The translations under genes were made by a program, and so were the position numbers. From contig JACQFP010000027.1 of NCBI GenBank assembly GCA_016200005.1, forward strand, positions 1,437 through 65,436: DNA of 64,000 nucleotides, in the 5' to 3' direction. Shown here piece by piece: positions 1-10,292 of the stretch (the stretch's first letter is position 1; the number at the start of each line of letters is the position of its first letter). Under the pieces are notes generated by a model. That model was not told the DNA's origin. It was given only the letters and a program-made list of their open reading frames with translations, and did no database searches. The DNA comes from Verrucomicrobiota bacterium. Its GTDB lineage: Bacteria > Verrucomicrobiota > Verrucomicrobiia > Limisphaerales > PALSA-1396.

Positions 1-8
1 GCCAGGAT

Positions 9-857
9 ATGCCGCTTTCAACAGTTTTGATTGACGGCGAAGGCTGGCAACTGGTCGGCGAAGGTTACGGCTTCACTGACGCCGCTTGCTCCGATGCTGA
101 GGGGAATTTTTATTTCAGCGATTTGCCCAAGTCCGTTGTGCATCGCGTTTCCGCGGACGGCAAGGTCACGCCGTTTCTGGAAAATGGACCGAAGATCAGC
201 GGCCTCAAGTTCGGTCCGGATGGACGCCTCTACGCCTGCACGCAAGGGCCGAAGAAACAGGTCGTTGCCTTCAGGCTGCCGTCGAAGGAGATGACCGTGC
301 TCGCGGACAATGTGCAACCCAATGATCTGGTCGTGTCACACAAGGGCTTCGTCTATTTCACCGAGACGGGCAAGGGACAAGTCACGATTGTCGATGCGAA
401 GGGCAATGTGCGTGTCGGTGCCACCGGCATCAAAGCGCCCAACGGCATCACGCTCTCAGCCGATCAAGGCACGCTCGTCGTGTCCGAATACTCCGGCACG
501 AACGCATGGGCGTTCCGCGTCGAGTCCGACGGCAGCCTCACTCACGGCGAGCGTTACGTGACATTGCGCACACCGAACGGCAAGGCCGACAGCGGCGGCG
601 ACGGTTCGACGACGGATTCGGCTGGCCGCTACTACATCACGAGCCACGTCGGGATTCAGATGTTCGATCCGACGGGACGGATGGGCGGCGTTATTGCGAA
701 GCCACAGAACAAGGGTGCGGTGAGCGTCGCATTCGCCGGGCAGAATCTCGAATACCTTTACGTGGCCTGCTCGGACAAGGTTTATCGGCGCAAAACCCAG
801 GCCAGGGGCGCTCTGTTTTTTCAACCGGCGATGCTTGGGTCACCCGTAAAGAGGTGA
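9..857 (+). CDS. SMP-30/gluconolactonase/LRE-like beta-propeller protein (may be 5'-partial at window edge)
   Basis: 282-aa ORF with repeated blade-like motifs (FSD.., DGRLY, NG..LS, G.LVVSE) typical of the SGL family. Confidence 0.55.
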   Translation: MPLSTVLIDGEGWQLVGEGYGFTDAACSDAEGNFYFSDLPKSVVHRVSADGKVTPFLENGPKISGLKFGPDGRLYACTQGPKKQVVAFRLPSKEMTVLADNVQPNDLVVSHKGFVYFTETGKGQVTIVDAKGNVRVGATGIKAPNGITLSADQGTLVVSEYSGTNAWAFRVESDGSLTHGERYVTLRTPNGKADSGGDGSTTDSAGRYYITSHVGIQMFDPTGRMGGVIAKPQNKGAVSVAFAGQNLEYLYVACSDKVYRRKTQARGALFFQPAMLGSPVKR

Positions 858-935
858 CGACAGAGGAAATACTGCCAAGATAGGTTGAAGCGTTCGGGCG
901 TTATTCGAAGTAGTCGGCCGATGGACGGCCAGCGT

Positions 936-1015
936 GGGGTTGGAGTTCAAGCTTCAGCTTGCCGGATCTTGCGTGATGGTTTCTGAACACGCTGAAGCGT
1001 GAAATCCAACACCCC
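936..1015. repeat. Imperfect ~23-bp inverted repeat (GGGGTTGGAGTTCAAGCTTCAGC ... GCTGAAGCGTGAAATCCAACACCCC) with ~33-nt loop
   Basis: Read directly in the intergenic region between the lactonase-like gene and sppA. Confidence 0.5.
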
Positions 1016-1083
1016 GCCGGCTCACTCTGAATCCGAGTTGAATCGGGCTTGCTCGTCTGGCCGTTTTGCGATAAGGTCGCGCC

Positions 1084-2220
1084 ATGGAAAGTAATTTGCC
1101 ACCTGCGCCCGAATACAAAGGGCCGACGATGAATCCGCCGCCGATCATCACGCTGCCGCCCGCTTCCCGACCGCCGCGCAAGAGTCGGGGCTGGAAAATT
1201 TTTGCCATCATTTTATTGGTGCTGTTGGTGCTGAGCCTGTTCGCCAACTTGAGTCATTTGACGAGCGGCCTGGCGGGAGTCAAAGTCAGAAGTGCCCACT
1301 ATGCCGGCCCTAAATTGGAGGAAGTGATTCTCAAGGACAACGATTCCGCCAATAAAATTGCGGTCGTGGACGTGGAAGGCATCATTACCGGGCAGGTGAT
1401 TGATCGCGGCGGGGTCAGCCTTGTCGATCTGATCAAGGAGCAGTTGAGCCGCGCGGAGGAAGATCGCAAAGTCAGAGCGGTGCTGCTCAGAGTCAATTCG
1501 CCGGGCGGCGAAGTGCTGGCCTCGGATGAAATTTACCGTTTGATCGCCAAGTTTCAGACGGAGGCGCACAAACCCGTCGTCGCTTCGATGGGCAGTCTGG
1601 CCGCGTCCGGCGGTTACTATGTTTCCGCGCCCTGCCGATGGATCGTGGCCAACGAACTGACCATCACCGGCAGCATCGGCGTCATCATGCACGGCTACAA
1701 CTATCGCGGGCTGATGAACAAAATCGGACTGCGACCGGAGGTTTACAAAAGCGGCAAGTTCAAGGACATGTTGAGCGGCGACCGCAACGACGAGGACATT
1801 CCGGCTGAAGAACGACAAATGGTGCAGGCGTTGATTGATGAGACGTTCGGCAAATTCAAGAGTGTGGTGGCGGAAGGCCGCAAAAACGCCAAGGCGAAAA
1901 ACCGGGAGAAAGGCAACGCTTTGAGTGCGGACTGGGAAGATTACGCCGATGGCCGCGTCCTCTCGGGCAAGGAAGCCGAAAAACTGGGTTTCGTGGATGA
2001 GTTGGGCGATTTTGAAACTGCCGTCGAGGCGGCAAAAAGAATCGCCGGAGTCGGCCGGGCCAATTTAATCCAGTATCAACAACGATTTGATCTGGCGGAT
2101 TTCTTTCAGTTGTTTGGGTCAACCGATGCGCGCACCACGCTCAAAGTGGACGTCGGCATGGATTTTCCCAAATTGCAGGCGGGACAGCTCTATTTCATTT
2201 CGCCGACGGTATTGCACTGA
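1084..2220 (+). CDS. sppA: Signal peptide peptidase SppA (S49 family, 36K type)
   Basis: N-terminal TM helix; S49/ClpP-fold core motifs (VLLRVNSPGGEV, GSIGVIMHGYNYRGLMNKIGL). Confidence 0.85.
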   Translation: MESNLPPAPEYKGPTMNPPPIITLPPASRPPRKSRGWKIFAIILLVLLVLSLFANLSHLTSGLAGVKVRSAHYAGPKLEEVILKDNDSANKIAVVDVEGIITGQVIDRGGVSLVDLIKEQLSRAEEDRKVRAVLLRVNSPGGEVLASDEIYRLIAKFQTEAHKPVVASMGSLAASGGYYVSAPCRWIVANELTITGSIGVIMHGYNYRGLMNKIGLRPEVYKSGKFKDMLSGDRNDEDIPAEERQMVQALIDETFGKFKSVVAEGRKNAKAKNREKGNALSADWEDYADGRVLSGKEAEKLGFVDELGDFETAVEAAKRIAGVGRANLIQYQQRFDLADFFQLFGSTDARTTLKVDVGMDFPKLQAGQLYFISPTVLH

Positions 2221-2222
2221 AT

Positions 2223-2846
2223 GTGAAGGGCGTGACTGTCATCACGCACCCGTTGGTGCAGCACAACTTGACGCGGTTGCGGGACGAACGAACCGGGTCG
2301 CAGGAGTTCCGGCGGGTGTTGAGCGAAGTGGCCGCCTTGATGATTTACGAAGCGACTCGTTCTTTGGAAGTTGAATCGGTCTCCGTCATCACGCCTTTGA
2401 CCCGGGCGCGTGGATTCACCCTGCGGCATGAAGTGATTTTGGTTCCCATTTTGCGCGCCGGTCTGGGGATGTTGGATTCCATTTTGCAACTGATTCCCCA
2501 TGCCCGCGTTGGCTTCATCGGATTGAAACGTGAGGAAACAAGTTTGCAAGCGGTGGCTTACCATAAAAGTTTGCCGGCGGATTTGCGCCAGTTCGAAGTG
2601 TTCCTGATTGATCCCATGCTGGCCACCGGCGGGAGCGCCGTCGCCGCCTTGAATCTGCTGTCCGACTCCGGCGCCAGGCGCGTGCGAGTGGTAAACCTCG
2701 TGGCCGCCACGGCGGGCATTCAACGCGTGCGGGCGCATTATCCGGATGTGCCCATCTTCACTGCGGCCGTCGATCGCAGGCTGAACCAGAGAGGGTTCAT
2801 CGTTCCCGGCCTGGGTGATGCGGGAGACCGGCTCTTTGGCGTTTGA
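2223..2846 (+). CDS. upp: Uracil phosphoribosyltransferase (GTG start)
   Basis: 207 aa; PRPP-binding motif LIDPMLATGGSAVAA; typical Upp N-terminus (ITHPLVQHNLTRLRD). Confidence 0.85.
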   Translation: MKGVTVITHPLVQHNLTRLRDERTGSQEFRRVLSEVAALMIYEATRSLEVESVSVITPLTRARGFTLRHEVILVPILRAGLGMLDSILQLIPHARVGFIGLKREETSLQAVAYHKSLPADLRQFEVFLIDPMLATGGSAVAALNLLSDSGARRVRVVNLVAATAGIQRVRAHYPDVPIFTAAVDRRLNQRGFIVPGLGDAGDRLFGV

Positions 2847-2870
2847 CAGACGATTCAAACCGACTTCTTA

Positions 2871-4046
2871 TTGGTCACCCAACTTATTGGTCAACCAACA
2901 ATTTCACCGAGCGCGATGAAACGCGGAAACCTATTGATCGTAGCGGACAGCGAGCATGACGCCAACATGCTTTACGCGGTCAAAATGTTCGTGCCCGACC
3001 CGTTCATTTATCTGCGGATTCGCGGGCGGGACATGGTGGTGATGAGTGATCTGGAACTTGACCGCGCCCGCGACCAGGCCGCGCATTGCCGCGTTCTTTC
3101 TCTCAGCGAATGCCAGAAGACCCTCCGGCGTCAGGGCGTCCGGCGCACGAGCTTTGCCCAGATCATACGGTTGCTATTGCGCGAAGAACAAATCGGACGG
3201 GTCTTTGTTCCGGAGAATTTTCCGCATGGGCTGGCCAATGAATTGTGTCGCCTCAACATCAAAGTTAAAGTCAGACCGGGCGGATTCTTCCCGCAACGCG
3301 AACAAAAATCCGCAGCCGAGGTGAAGAAAATCAGCGCGGCCCTCGTCATGGCCGAGGTTGGCTTGGCCGAAGCCATCCAGGCGCTCAAATCCGCCAAAAT
3401 CGGCCGAAACCGCCGGTTGATCTATCATAACGTCCCCCTGACTTCAGAAAAATTGCGCTCCATCATCAACACCGCCATCATCCAGGCGAACGGCCAGGCC
3501 TGTCACACCATCGTCGCGGGCGGCAAACAGGGCTGCGATCCCCATGAACAAGGACACGGCAATCTCCACGCGCGCGAACCGATCATCCTGGATGTTTTCC
3601 CGCGATCCCAAAAGACCGGCTACTTCGGTGACATCACCCGCACGGTCGTGAAGGGCCGCGCCAGTGAAGCAGTCCGCAAACTTTACGACACGGTGAAGCG
3701 CGGCCAGGAACTTGCCTTCGGAGAATTGTATCGCAACACGCGCACGGCCGACGTTCACAAGGCCGTTCAGACATTGTTCAAACGGGAAGGTTACAAGACG
3801 GGAAAGGAGAACGGCCGCATGCAAGGTTTCTTCCATGGCACCGGCCACGGGCTGGGTTTGGAGATTCACGAAGCGCCGCGCCTGGGGGCGCATTCGACGG
3901 GTGTGTTGAAGACGGGCCACGTCGTGACCGTCGAACCGGGACTTTACTATCCGGAACTGGGCGGAGTGCGATTGGAGGATGTGGCCCTGATCACCAGCAA
4001 CGGCCCACGCAACCTGACCCAGTTCGAAAAAGTGCTGGAAGTGTGA
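2871..4046 (+). CDS. M24 family Xaa-Pro aminopeptidase/prolidase (true start possibly ~2916, MKRGNLL)
   Basis: Creatinase N-terminal domain plus M24 metal-site motifs (HGTGHGLGLEIHEAP, VVTVEPGLY). Confidence 0.8.
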   Translation: MVTQLIGQPTISPSAMKRGNLLIVADSEHDANMLYAVKMFVPDPFIYLRIRGRDMVVMSDLELDRARDQAAHCRVLSLSECQKTLRRQGVRRTSFAQIIRLLLREEQIGRVFVPENFPHGLANELCRLNIKVKVRPGGFFPQREQKSAAEVKKISAALVMAEVGLAEAIQALKSAKIGRNRRLIYHNVPLTSEKLRSIINTAIIQANGQACHTIVAGGKQGCDPHEQGHGNLHAREPIILDVFPRSQKTGYFGDITRTVVKGRASEAVRKLYDTVKRGQELAFGELYRNTRTADVHKAVQTLFKREGYKTGKENGRMQGFFHGTGHGLGLEIHEAPRLGAHSTGVLKTGHVVTVEPGLYYPELGGVRLEDVALITSNGPRNLTQFEKVLEV

Positions 4047-4301
4047 AACCCATTGTGACGCGACGCCGTCACTCATCCTCGAAATGAGACGCCTTGTCGC
4101 CCATTTGTCGCAGTGCTTTCGCTTTGACCACTGACAAGTCAACCGATCCGGGCAGCCCTTCCCTTGGCACGCATCCGGCTGGAATTATTGAACACAACGG
4201 AAATTGACGGGTCGATTAATCGTGATGAAGCTGGTCGGAGGCGTGATGCGGAGCAGAGCGCTCCGATGCGAACGGCTCACTCAGACTGAAAGCAAAAAAC
4301 T

Positions 4302-4997
4302 ATGTTGATTCTTGACCAATGGTGGTGGCTGATCTTACCCGGGTTAATTCTCGGCCTCTACGCCGAGATCAAGGTGTCGTCCACGTATCGAAAATTCCTG
4401 CAAGTGGGGTCAGAGTCGGGGCTGACCGGAGCCCAGGCGGCCCGGGAAATCCTGGACGACGCCGATCTGGAGCATGTGCCCGTGGCAGAAATCGGAGGAC
4501 ATCTGACCGACCACTATGATCCGGTCAAGAAAGCATTGTTCCTCTCGTCGGAGAATTTTCACGGGCAATCGCTTTCGGCCATCGGTGTGGCGGCGCACGA
4601 GGCCGGCCACGCGTTGCAACAGAAGGCCGCCTACGCGCCGTTTAATTTCCGGATGACACTGGTACCCGCCTTCCAGTTTGCCAGCCATGCCTGGGCGGGA
4701 ATCATTTTTTTGGGCTGGATACTGGGTGGCGCATTTTTTGCCAAGTTCATTGGGATAGCGATCGGTGTCTTTGCGGTCATCACGTTATTTCAGGTGATTA
4801 CCTTGCCTGTGGAGTTTGACGCCAGCCGCCGGGCCAAAGCACAATTGCTGAAAATTGGACTTATCCGAAACCAGGAAAGCGCAGCGGTGGCCAAAGTGTT
4901 GAATGCCGCGGCCATGACCTATGTGGCCGCGATGGTGGGCGCTGTCCTATCGCTGCTTCACTTGATCCTGATCGCTCGTGGAAATGATCGCAACTGA
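4302..4997 (+). CDS. Membrane zinc metallopeptidase (Zn_peptidase_2/YpeB-like family)
   Basis: HEAGHALQ zinc-binding motif, several TM helices, 231 aa. Confidence 0.75.
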   Translation: MLILDQWWWLILPGLILGLYAEIKVSSTYRKFLQVGSESGLTGAQAAREILDDADLEHVPVAEIGGHLTDHYDPVKKALFLSSENFHGQSLSAIGVAAHEAGHALQQKAAYAPFNFRMTLVPAFQFASHAWAGIIFLGWILGGAFFAKFIGIAIGVFAVITLFQVITLPVEFDASRRAKAQLLKIGLIRNQESAAVAKVLNAAAMTYVAAMVGAVLSLLHLILIARGNDRN

Positions 4998-5105
4998 AGA
5001 ACTGGCAGGCGATTGACTCACCGTACAACCAGGGAGATTACGGCTGATCAACATGGTTAATTTGCTTGCGGACAAAGTCTGAATCTCTAATTTTTCCCTC
5101 TGCCT

Positions 5106-6119
5106 ATGGCTGTGAAGAACAAGCGATGGAAGTCCAACCGCGGGAAAGCCTCTCGGCACCGCAACCCAGCCAATTCATTCCCAGCACCGCGCCGCACAAA
5201 ATCATCCGTCGAAAAAGCAGTTGAATCAACCGAGCTGCCGGTCGTACCGCGTGACGATGTTGCCATCGCGCCCACCGACCGGGAACGCGGTTCGTACGAC
5301 GGGGATACCGCCATCAAGTTATACCTGCGCGAGATTGGGCAGGTGAAATTGCTGACACCTCAACAAGAAATCGAATTGGCCGCCAAGATCAAAAAAGGGA
5401 GCAAGAAAGCGCGGGAACAAATGATCAAGGCCAACCTGCGGCTGGTCGTCAAGATCGCCCACGACTATGAAGGGATTGGCCTGCCGCTGCTGGACCTTAT
5501 CAGCGAAGGCAACATCGGATTGATGAAAGCTGTCGAACGCTTTGATCCATCCAAGGGCGCCAAACTTTCGACCTACGGTTCGTGGTGGATCAAGCAATCC
5601 ATCAAACGCGCCCTGGCCAACCAGTCCAAAACCATCCGGCTGCCCGTTCATCTGGTGGATAAGATTTCCAAAATGGGCCGCACCGCCATGAAACTTCAGG
5701 AAATTCTGGGCCGCGAGCCGACCGATGAGGAACTGGCGGCGGAGATGGGAGTGCCGACCACGCGCGTGATGCAAATGCGCACCGCCGCGATCCGCCCGGC
5801 CTCACTGGACGCGCCGATCGGCGACGAGGATTCCAACAATTATGGTGAAGTGGTCCAGGACGAAGCCGCCGACACCCCATACCAACACCTTGAAGAAAAA
5901 ACCGTGACCAGCATGCTTCAGGAAATGGTCAAGACCCTCGATCCGCGCGAAGCCACCATTCTCCGGTATCGTTTCGGCCTGGACGGCGGCACGGAAAAAA
6001 CCCTTGAAGAAGTCGGAGAAAAATTTGGCGTGACCCGCGAACGCGTGCGCCAGATCCAAAACATCGCGTTGCGCAAGCTCCGCAAGATGATCACCAAACT
6101 GGAGGCCGAACCACAGTGA
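5106..6119 (+). CDS. RNA polymerase sigma-70 family factor (RpoD/SigA-like, short form)
   Basis: Sigma regions 1.2, 2, 3, 4 recognisable (IKLYLREIG, ANLRLVVKIAHDY, STYGSWWIKQ, TLEEVGEKFGVTRERVRQI). Confidence 0.85.
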   Translation: MAVKNKRWKSNRGKASRHRNPANSFPAPRRTKSSVEKAVESTELPVVPRDDVAIAPTDRERGSYDGDTAIKLYLREIGQVKLLTPQQEIELAAKIKKGSKKAREQMIKANLRLVVKIAHDYEGIGLPLLDLISEGNIGLMKAVERFDPSKGAKLSTYGSWWIKQSIKRALANQSKTIRLPVHLVDKISKMGRTAMKLQEILGREPTDEELAAEMGVPTTRVMQMRTAAIRPASLDAPIGDEDSNNYGEVVQDEAADTPYQHLEEKTVTSMLQEMVKTLDPREATILRYRFGLDGGTEKTLEEVGEKFGVTRERVRQIQNIALRKLRKMITKLEAEPQ

Positions 6120-6133
6120 CGCCGATCTAATCT

Positions 6134-6682
6134 ATGCTGTCCACCCTGAATCCGCCAAGGCCGACGCCTCTCGACATTGAGCGCAGTATCCGCAACATTC
6201 CCGACTTTCCCAAGCCGGGCATTCAGTTCAAAGACATCACGCCCCTGCTCGCGGATGCCCGCCTTTTTTCCGGTAGCATCGACTTGCTCACCGCACACTT
6301 CAAACCTGGGATGGTTGATGCGGTGGTGGGTATCGATGCGCGTGGTTTCATTTTCGCCGCCGCTGCCGCCCTCCGGCTTCAGGCGGGATTTGTTCCCGTG
6401 CGCAAGAAAGGCAAACTGCCCTACCAGATTCACGAGCAGGACTACGCTCTGGAATACGGCACCAACACGATCGCCATTCACGTGGACGCGGTCACGCCGG
6501 GCAGCCGCGTTCTCCTGATCGATGACCTGCTCGCCACCGGTGGCACCGCCGCCGCTGCCGCCGCCCTGCTGCAAAGAATTGGCGCGCAGATTCTGGAGAT
6601 TTCCTTCCTGATCGAATTGAGCTTCCTGCACGGACGCGAAAAACTGAAACAATATCCTGTCCGTTCACTCGTGGTTTATTGA
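6134..6682 (+). CDS. apt: Adenine phosphoribosyltransferase
   Basis: VVGIDARGFIFAAA and VLLIDDLLATGGTAAAA PRTase motifs; 182 aa. Confidence 0.85.
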   Translation: MLSTLNPPRPTPLDIERSIRNIPDFPKPGIQFKDITPLLADARLFSGSIDLLTAHFKPGMVDAVVGIDARGFIFAAAAALRLQAGFVPVRKKGKLPYQIHEQDYALEYGTNTIAIHVDAVTPGSRVLLIDDLLATGGTAAAAAALLQRIGAQILEISFLIELSFLHGREKLKQYPVRSLVVY

Positions 6683-6683
6683 T

Positions 6684-7589
6684 TTGGAAAACGCGTTGCC
6701 TCATCCAGTTTTGGACCATCCTCCCAAGCATTCCCTTGAGCTTCGAAAAATATTCCAGGTGCGGAATTATGATCTGGCCGCCACCTTGACCTCTGGTCAG
6801 ACGTTTCGTTGGCAACGGGAAAACGATTCGTGGTCGGGAGTGATCGGTGATCATTGGGTGCGACTCCGGTCAGGCAACAATTCAATCATCGCCGAAACCG
6901 CTGAACCTGTGGCCCGCTGGGTTTGGCTCGCTGACTATTTACAAATCGAGCAAGACTTGGATGCGGTGCTGGCAAGTTTTCCGGATGACGAACCGATGCG
7001 CGCCGCCGTGGCCGCTTCTCCGGGCTTGCGGTTATTGCGGCAGGATCCTTGGGAATGTCTGGCCTCCTTTATCCTCTCCTCCAGCAAGCAAATCGTTCAA
7101 ATCCAACAGATCATCGCGCTGCTCAGCCAACGCTTCGGGAAACCGTTGAGAGTCGCGCGCGCGTGCGTCCCCGCTTTCACGTTCCCAACACCTGCCAGCC
7201 TGGCAGATCGGACTGAAGGCGAGTTGCGCGATTGCAAAATGGGGTTTCGCGCTGCCTACTTGTTGGCCACGGCGCGCATTATCGCCAGTGGACAACTCCA
7301 GCTCGACCGGTTGAAAAGTCTATCGTTAGAAGAAGCCAGAGTGGAATTGCTGACGTTGCCCGGGGTGGGCCGAAAAATTGCCGATTGCGTTTTGTTGTTT
7401 GCTTATGGCCTTCCAATGGCCTTCCCGGTGGATGTATGGATGACAAAGGCCCTCCGCGAACTTTATTTCCCCCGTCGGCGGGTTGGTTTGTCAAAGTTGC
7501 AGCATTTCGCGACCACTCACTTCGGTAAGAATGCTGGCTATGCCCAGCAATATCTGTTTCACTACCGGCGCGTGCGGGTTGGGCGGTGA
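6684..7589 (+). CDS. ogg: 8-oxoguanine DNA glycosylase/AP lyase (HhH-GPD, Ogg family)
   Basis: HhH-GPD motif LTLPGVGRKIADCVLLF ... PVDVW. Confidence 0.75.
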   Translation: MENALPHPVLDHPPKHSLELRKIFQVRNYDLAATLTSGQTFRWQRENDSWSGVIGDHWVRLRSGNNSIIAETAEPVARWVWLADYLQIEQDLDAVLASFPDDEPMRAAVAASPGLRLLRQDPWECLASFILSSSKQIVQIQQIIALLSQRFGKPLRVARACVPAFTFPTPASLADRTEGELRDCKMGFRAAYLLATARIIASGQLQLDRLKSLSLEEARVELLTLPGVGRKIADCVLLFAYGLPMAFPVDVWMTKALRELYFPRRRVGLSKLQHFATTHFGKNAGYAQQYLFHYRRVRVGR

Positions 7590-7657
7590 GCCATCGGAAG
7601 AATCACTGCCGCCTACCCATCACGCAGATGAACGGACAGTAGTTCAACCTAAAGACC

Positions 7658-8419
7658 ATGTCCAAATCGCTCGAAGTCTTGTTCACGCCGGCTGAATACA
7701 ATGCGCTCGCCCAGCGCGACCTGAGCGACACCGTTTGCGTCGTCTTCGACATCCTGCGCGCCACCAGCACGATGGTCACCGCGCTGGCCAATGGCGCCAC
7801 CGCCATCATCCCCGTGGCGGAAATTCCGGAGGCGCTGGCCATCCGCGATCGACAACCGGCGGTATTGCTGGCCGGGGAACGCGATGGCGTGCGCATTCGC
7901 GCGTCCCAGACCGGCAGCATCGATTTCGATTTCGGCAATTCTCCACGTGAGTTCATCCGGGAACGCGTGGAAGGCAAAACCATTGTCATCGCCACCACCA
8001 ACGGCACGCGCGCGCTCCGAGCCTGTGCGTCGGCGAAAAAAGTCTTGATCGGTTCATTCCTGAATTTGCGATCGGTTGCCACCTGGATTCGCGACCAATC
8101 CCCGCCCCGCTTGTTGCTGGTCTGCAGCGGCACTTACGAACAGGCCGCGCTGGAAGATACCCTTGCAGCCGGAGCGTTGTGCGAAAAAATCTGGCCGCAT
8201 TACGCGCTGGGACAGGTCGCGGACTCGGCGGAAATCGCGCGACGGATTTATCCTTTGCTCCAAAGCGACCTCTTTGGCGCCATGCGACACTCACGCAACG
8301 GACAGCGTTTACTCGCCAACCCGGCGTTGCGCGATGACGTGCGCGCCTGCGTTCAGCGCGAAACCCTCAATTTGGTCGCGGAGTTGTGCCAGGACGGCAG
8401 GGTGAAGAAAATGGGGTAA
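7658..8419 (+). CDS. comB: 2-phosphosulfolactate phosphatase family protein
   Basis: ComB family N-terminus (VFDILRATST) and overall length 253 aa. Confidence 0.7.
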   Translation: MSKSLEVLFTPAEYNALAQRDLSDTVCVVFDILRATSTMVTALANGATAIIPVAEIPEALAIRDRQPAVLLAGERDGVRIRASQTGSIDFDFGNSPREFIRERVEGKTIVIATTNGTRALRACASAKKVLIGSFLNLRSVATWIRDQSPPRLLLVCSGTYEQAALEDTLAAGALCEKIWPHYALGQVADSAEIARRIYPLLQSDLFGAMRHSRNGQRLLANPALRDDVRACVQRETLNLVAELCQDGRVKKMG

Positions 8420-8603
8420 TCTTCCCGTCTGGCGTATAGATTTTCATTCCTCTGAATTGCCGCTCACATCTCTTTCCATGAATTGCGTAGCGCAGGCCGT
8501 CCGGCACGGGGCGGGGACGCCTGCGCTACCTCGAGCGCGCATCATGTCACAATGCGCGATTTTCAAATCGTCGGAGCTTTCCATCAGTCCGACCGGAATC
8601 ATC

Positions 8604-8639
8604 TCCCAAACTTTGTCGCATATGCGACAAAGTTTGGGA
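8604..8639. repeat. Perfect 36-bp palindrome TCCCAAACTTTGTCGCAT|ATGCGACAAAGTTTGGGA
   Basis: Read directly; lies in the convergent intergenic region between comB and the clpX-like gene. Confidence 0.7.
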
Positions 8640-8723
8640 GGCCCGGGTTCAAGGCCCCGATGCACGTCCGATGTTGGAGGTGAAAACTGCCCATGAACCT
8701 TGAATCGGCAGTCGTGAGGGCGT

Positions 8724-10292
8724 TTATCCCGAGGGCCTCTGCTCTTTCCGATAGCTGGCCACAACCCAGTCACTAAGCACCTTGTCCGGCGTTCGCACGG
8801 CCTCAACGTCGATGGCGAACTGCCGCTGGCCGGTATTTTGTGAAATCAGTTTAAGGCCGAACTGATAATCCTTGAACCGCTCGGCGCACCAGTCGCGAAT
8901 CGATTTAGAATTTTCCAACGCCTGGCAAACCAGCAAGTCAGCCGCCGCTTCCGTGAAGCGGATTTCCAGCCCGTGATTGTCCTGAAACTTCTGCTCAAAC
9001 TCCTGCACCAACTGGCGCGCCACCAACCGCTCCTCGTGTTGCTGCTCGGCCAGGAGTTTTTGCAAGGCAGCCGCCGGATGGTCCACCATTTCACGCGTGA
9101 CGATGAAGCGCTTCACGCTTGTGGACGGCAGTTCGAATTTGATGTCGCGAAAGATTCGCTCGCAAACCGTCATCAGGCCGCGCGCGCCGGTCTGTTCGTC
9201 GCCCGCCAGTTCCGCGATGCGACGAAGTCCCTCATCCTGAAAAAGGACTTCGATGCCGTAAGCCGCAAAGGACTGTTCGTATTGGCGAATCAAGCTGCCC
9301 TCCGACGTTTTCAAAACGGCGAACAGGTCATCGACACTCAACGTCTGGCACACCACGCGCACCGGCAAACGTCCGATAAATTCCGGTTCAAAACCGAAAT
9401 CGATGAAGTCGCGCGTCTGGGTTTGTTCCAGGACTTGTTCGCCGAGTTCTGCGGTTGAATCCCGGGCGGCAAAGCCGATGGTCGCCTCGCGCAAACGGCG
9501 GCGGACGATTTTTTCCAACCCGCCGAACGCGCCGCTGACGATGAACAGAATGTGTTTCGTGTTGATGGCGGCGGGCGCTTTCTTGCCCCGTTGGGTCATG
9601 TCCATCATGGCCTGAATCTGCCCGGCGATATCGTTGGGCGAATGCGCGGGAACATCGGTTTCCTCCATCAACTTGAGCAGGTTGGTCTGCACACCGCGGC
9701 CGCTCACGTCGCGGCCCGTGGCATTGTTGACCGTCGCGATTTTATCGATCTCATCAATGTAGATGATGCCGTATTGAGCGCGCCCCGCGTCGCCGTCCGC
9801 GCGCCGCACCAGTTCACGCACCAAATCCTCCACGTCACCGCCGACGTAGCCCGTCTCGGAAAATTTGCTGGCATCCCCTTTCACAAACGGCACCCCGATC
9901 AAATCCGCCATGCTGCGGATCAGGTAGGTTTTGCCCACGCCGGTCGGGCCGATGAGAATGATGTTCTGCTTGGCATAGTTGGGTTGGTCTTTCCCAGTCA
10001 TGGCTGCGCGCACATGGTTGTAATGGTCGCACAACGCCACGCTCAAAACTTTTTTCGCCTCCTCCTGCTTGATGACGAAGCGGTCGAGGTATGCCTTCAC
10101 ATCGCGCGGCTTGTAATCGAAAACAAACTCGTCCTCCGGAGGAGTTGTCTCCGGACCTTCCGGCGAGCCTGCGGGCACCGATTGTTCCTGACTTGGGGCC
10201 TGGCTGGTTTGAAATTGCTGGCGCAACAGCTCCGACAATTGCCGTTGGAATTCCTCCGGCGAAGGCGGTCCACTTGAATTTAGATGAGTCAT
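8724..10292 (-). CDS. ClpX-family AAA+ ATPase lacking the N-terminal zinc-binding domain (S/P/E/Q-rich N-terminus instead)
   Basis: Walker A GPTGVGKT, Walker B IIYIDEIDKI, ClpX-like spacing and sensor motifs; no C4 zinc finger at N-terminus; 522 aa. Confidence 0.7.
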   Translation of the reverse strand: MTHLNSSGPPSPEEFQRQLSELLRQQFQTSQAPSQEQSVPAGSPEGPETTPPEDEFVFDYKPRDVKAYLDRFVIKQEEAKKVLSVALCDHYNHVRAAMTGKDQPNYAKQNIILIGPTGVGKTYLIRSMADLIGVPFVKGDASKFSETGYVGGDVEDLVRELVRRADGDAGRAQYGIIYIDEIDKIATVNNATGRDVSGRGVQTNLLKLMEETDVPAHSPNDIAGQIQAMMDMTQRGKKAPAAINTKHILFIVSGAFGGLEKIVRRRLREATIGFAARDSTAELGEQVLEQTQTRDFIDFGFEPEFIGRLPVRVVCQTLSVDDLFAVLKTSEGSLIRQYEQSFAAYGIEVLFQDEGLRRIAELAGDEQTGARGLMTVCERIFRDIKFELPSTSVKRFIVTREMVDHPAAALQKLLAEQQHEERLVARQLVQEFEQKFQDNHGLEIRFTEAAADLLVCQALENSKSIRDWCAERFKDYQFGLKLISQNTGQRQFAIDVEAVRTPDKVLSDWVVASYRKEQRPSG

